Virus record (IMG/VR): IMGVR_UViG_3300032164_000001
DNA length: 64,000 nt
DNA from: a virus
Reading direction: 5' to 3' (one strand)
The stretch's first letter is position 1; every line of letters begins with the position of its first letter. Shown here in pieces: positions 63,531-64,000 of the stretch. Under the pieces are notes generated by a model. It did no database searches, was not told the origin of the DNA, and was given only the letters and a program-made list of their open reading frames with translations. Both the position numbers and the translations under genes were made by a program.

Positions 63531-64000
63531 AGAGATCCGAAGCGGATTCGAGTCGTGGCAGCGTAGTCCGGACTTGCAAGCTTCAGAACACCATTGACTT
63601 CGGAGATGGAGGAGGATTCATCTGGCCACTCGCAGGCTTTGGAGACATCGGTGACTTGCAGGTCGTGTGTGTGGAGCGTGTCGTGGACAAGATGCAGGAT
63701 GGGAGTGGGGTCGAAAGATCTGCAGGAGTAGATGTCGAGATGGAACTCATTGCGGAGCGGCCAGGTGTGCAGGGCAACGTGCGACGTGGAGAGACAGGCC
63801 AAGCAGGAGATGCCCCCTTCATCCTCGAAGGGCTCGCGGCCAAGCTTGGCGACTTCGAGCTCGACACGATGAAGTTGCGGTTGGCCAAGAATAGCCATGC
63901 CGGCGGATTGGATGATGGAGTAGATGAGCTGCTTGATACTGGTTTCGTCATCGAGGATGCGGCGTTGGGCCGCCCCGCCCAGGATATACAAATTCGTGGC
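63527..64000 (-). CDS. speD: S-adenosylmethionine decarboxylase proenzyme (5' end beyond window)
   Basis: GGIS..LSTSHVALHTWP..HLDIYSCR.FD. Confidence 0.85.
   Translation of the reverse strand, partial: ATNLYILGGAAQRRILDDETSIKQLIYSIIQSAGMAILGQPQLHRVELEVAKLGREPFEDEGGISCLACLSTSHVALHTWPLRNEFHLDIYSCRSFDPTPILHLVHDTLHTHDLQVTDVSKACEWPDESSSISEVNGVLKLASPDYAATTRIRFGSL

Noticed and set aside
1-64000. Stop-codon reassignment (alternative genetic code)
   Set aside because: Recognisable genes are full length under code 11 and end in TAA, TAG and TGA

Overview
This window is part of a large tailed-phage (Caudoviricetes-like) genome of moderately high GC. The host is unknown; a myxobacterial/deltaproteobacterial host is only an inference. 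(1) 1-7.4 kb, minus strand: a PBSX-type portal followed by a giant (>1,648 aa) multidomain protein that runs off the window and is missing from the ORF track (ASCH-like x2, nucleotidyltransferase, LigD-type phosphoesterase x2, ATP-dependent ligase). (2) 7.5-29.3 kb, plus strand: virion, tail-appendage and lysis genes with several tandem paralogue sets. (3) 29.5-64 kb: nucleotide-metabolism and accessory genes (ThyX, dNMP kinase, DNA methylase, HAD nucleotidase, MazG, macro, SLOG, TSCPD, TusE/DsrC, AdoMetDC). The best candidate for an undescribed system is at 43.9-57 kb. A Ro60/TROVE-like vWA gene is preceded by three tRNA-scaffolded RNAs, each carrying the same ACUC/AAUR internal-loop stem grafted at a different position: anticodon loop, variable arm, or around the acceptor end. 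A fourth copy abuts the gene's own Shine-Dalgarno. Nearby are a PTH2 peptidyl-tRNA hydrolase, two further aberrant tRNA-like genes and an E2-like/JAB/Ubl/E1 set. Three dispersed non-coding repeat families are also present, notably six co-oriented sigma70 promoter + G-tract elements. All assignments come from motif reading by eye; no searches were run.
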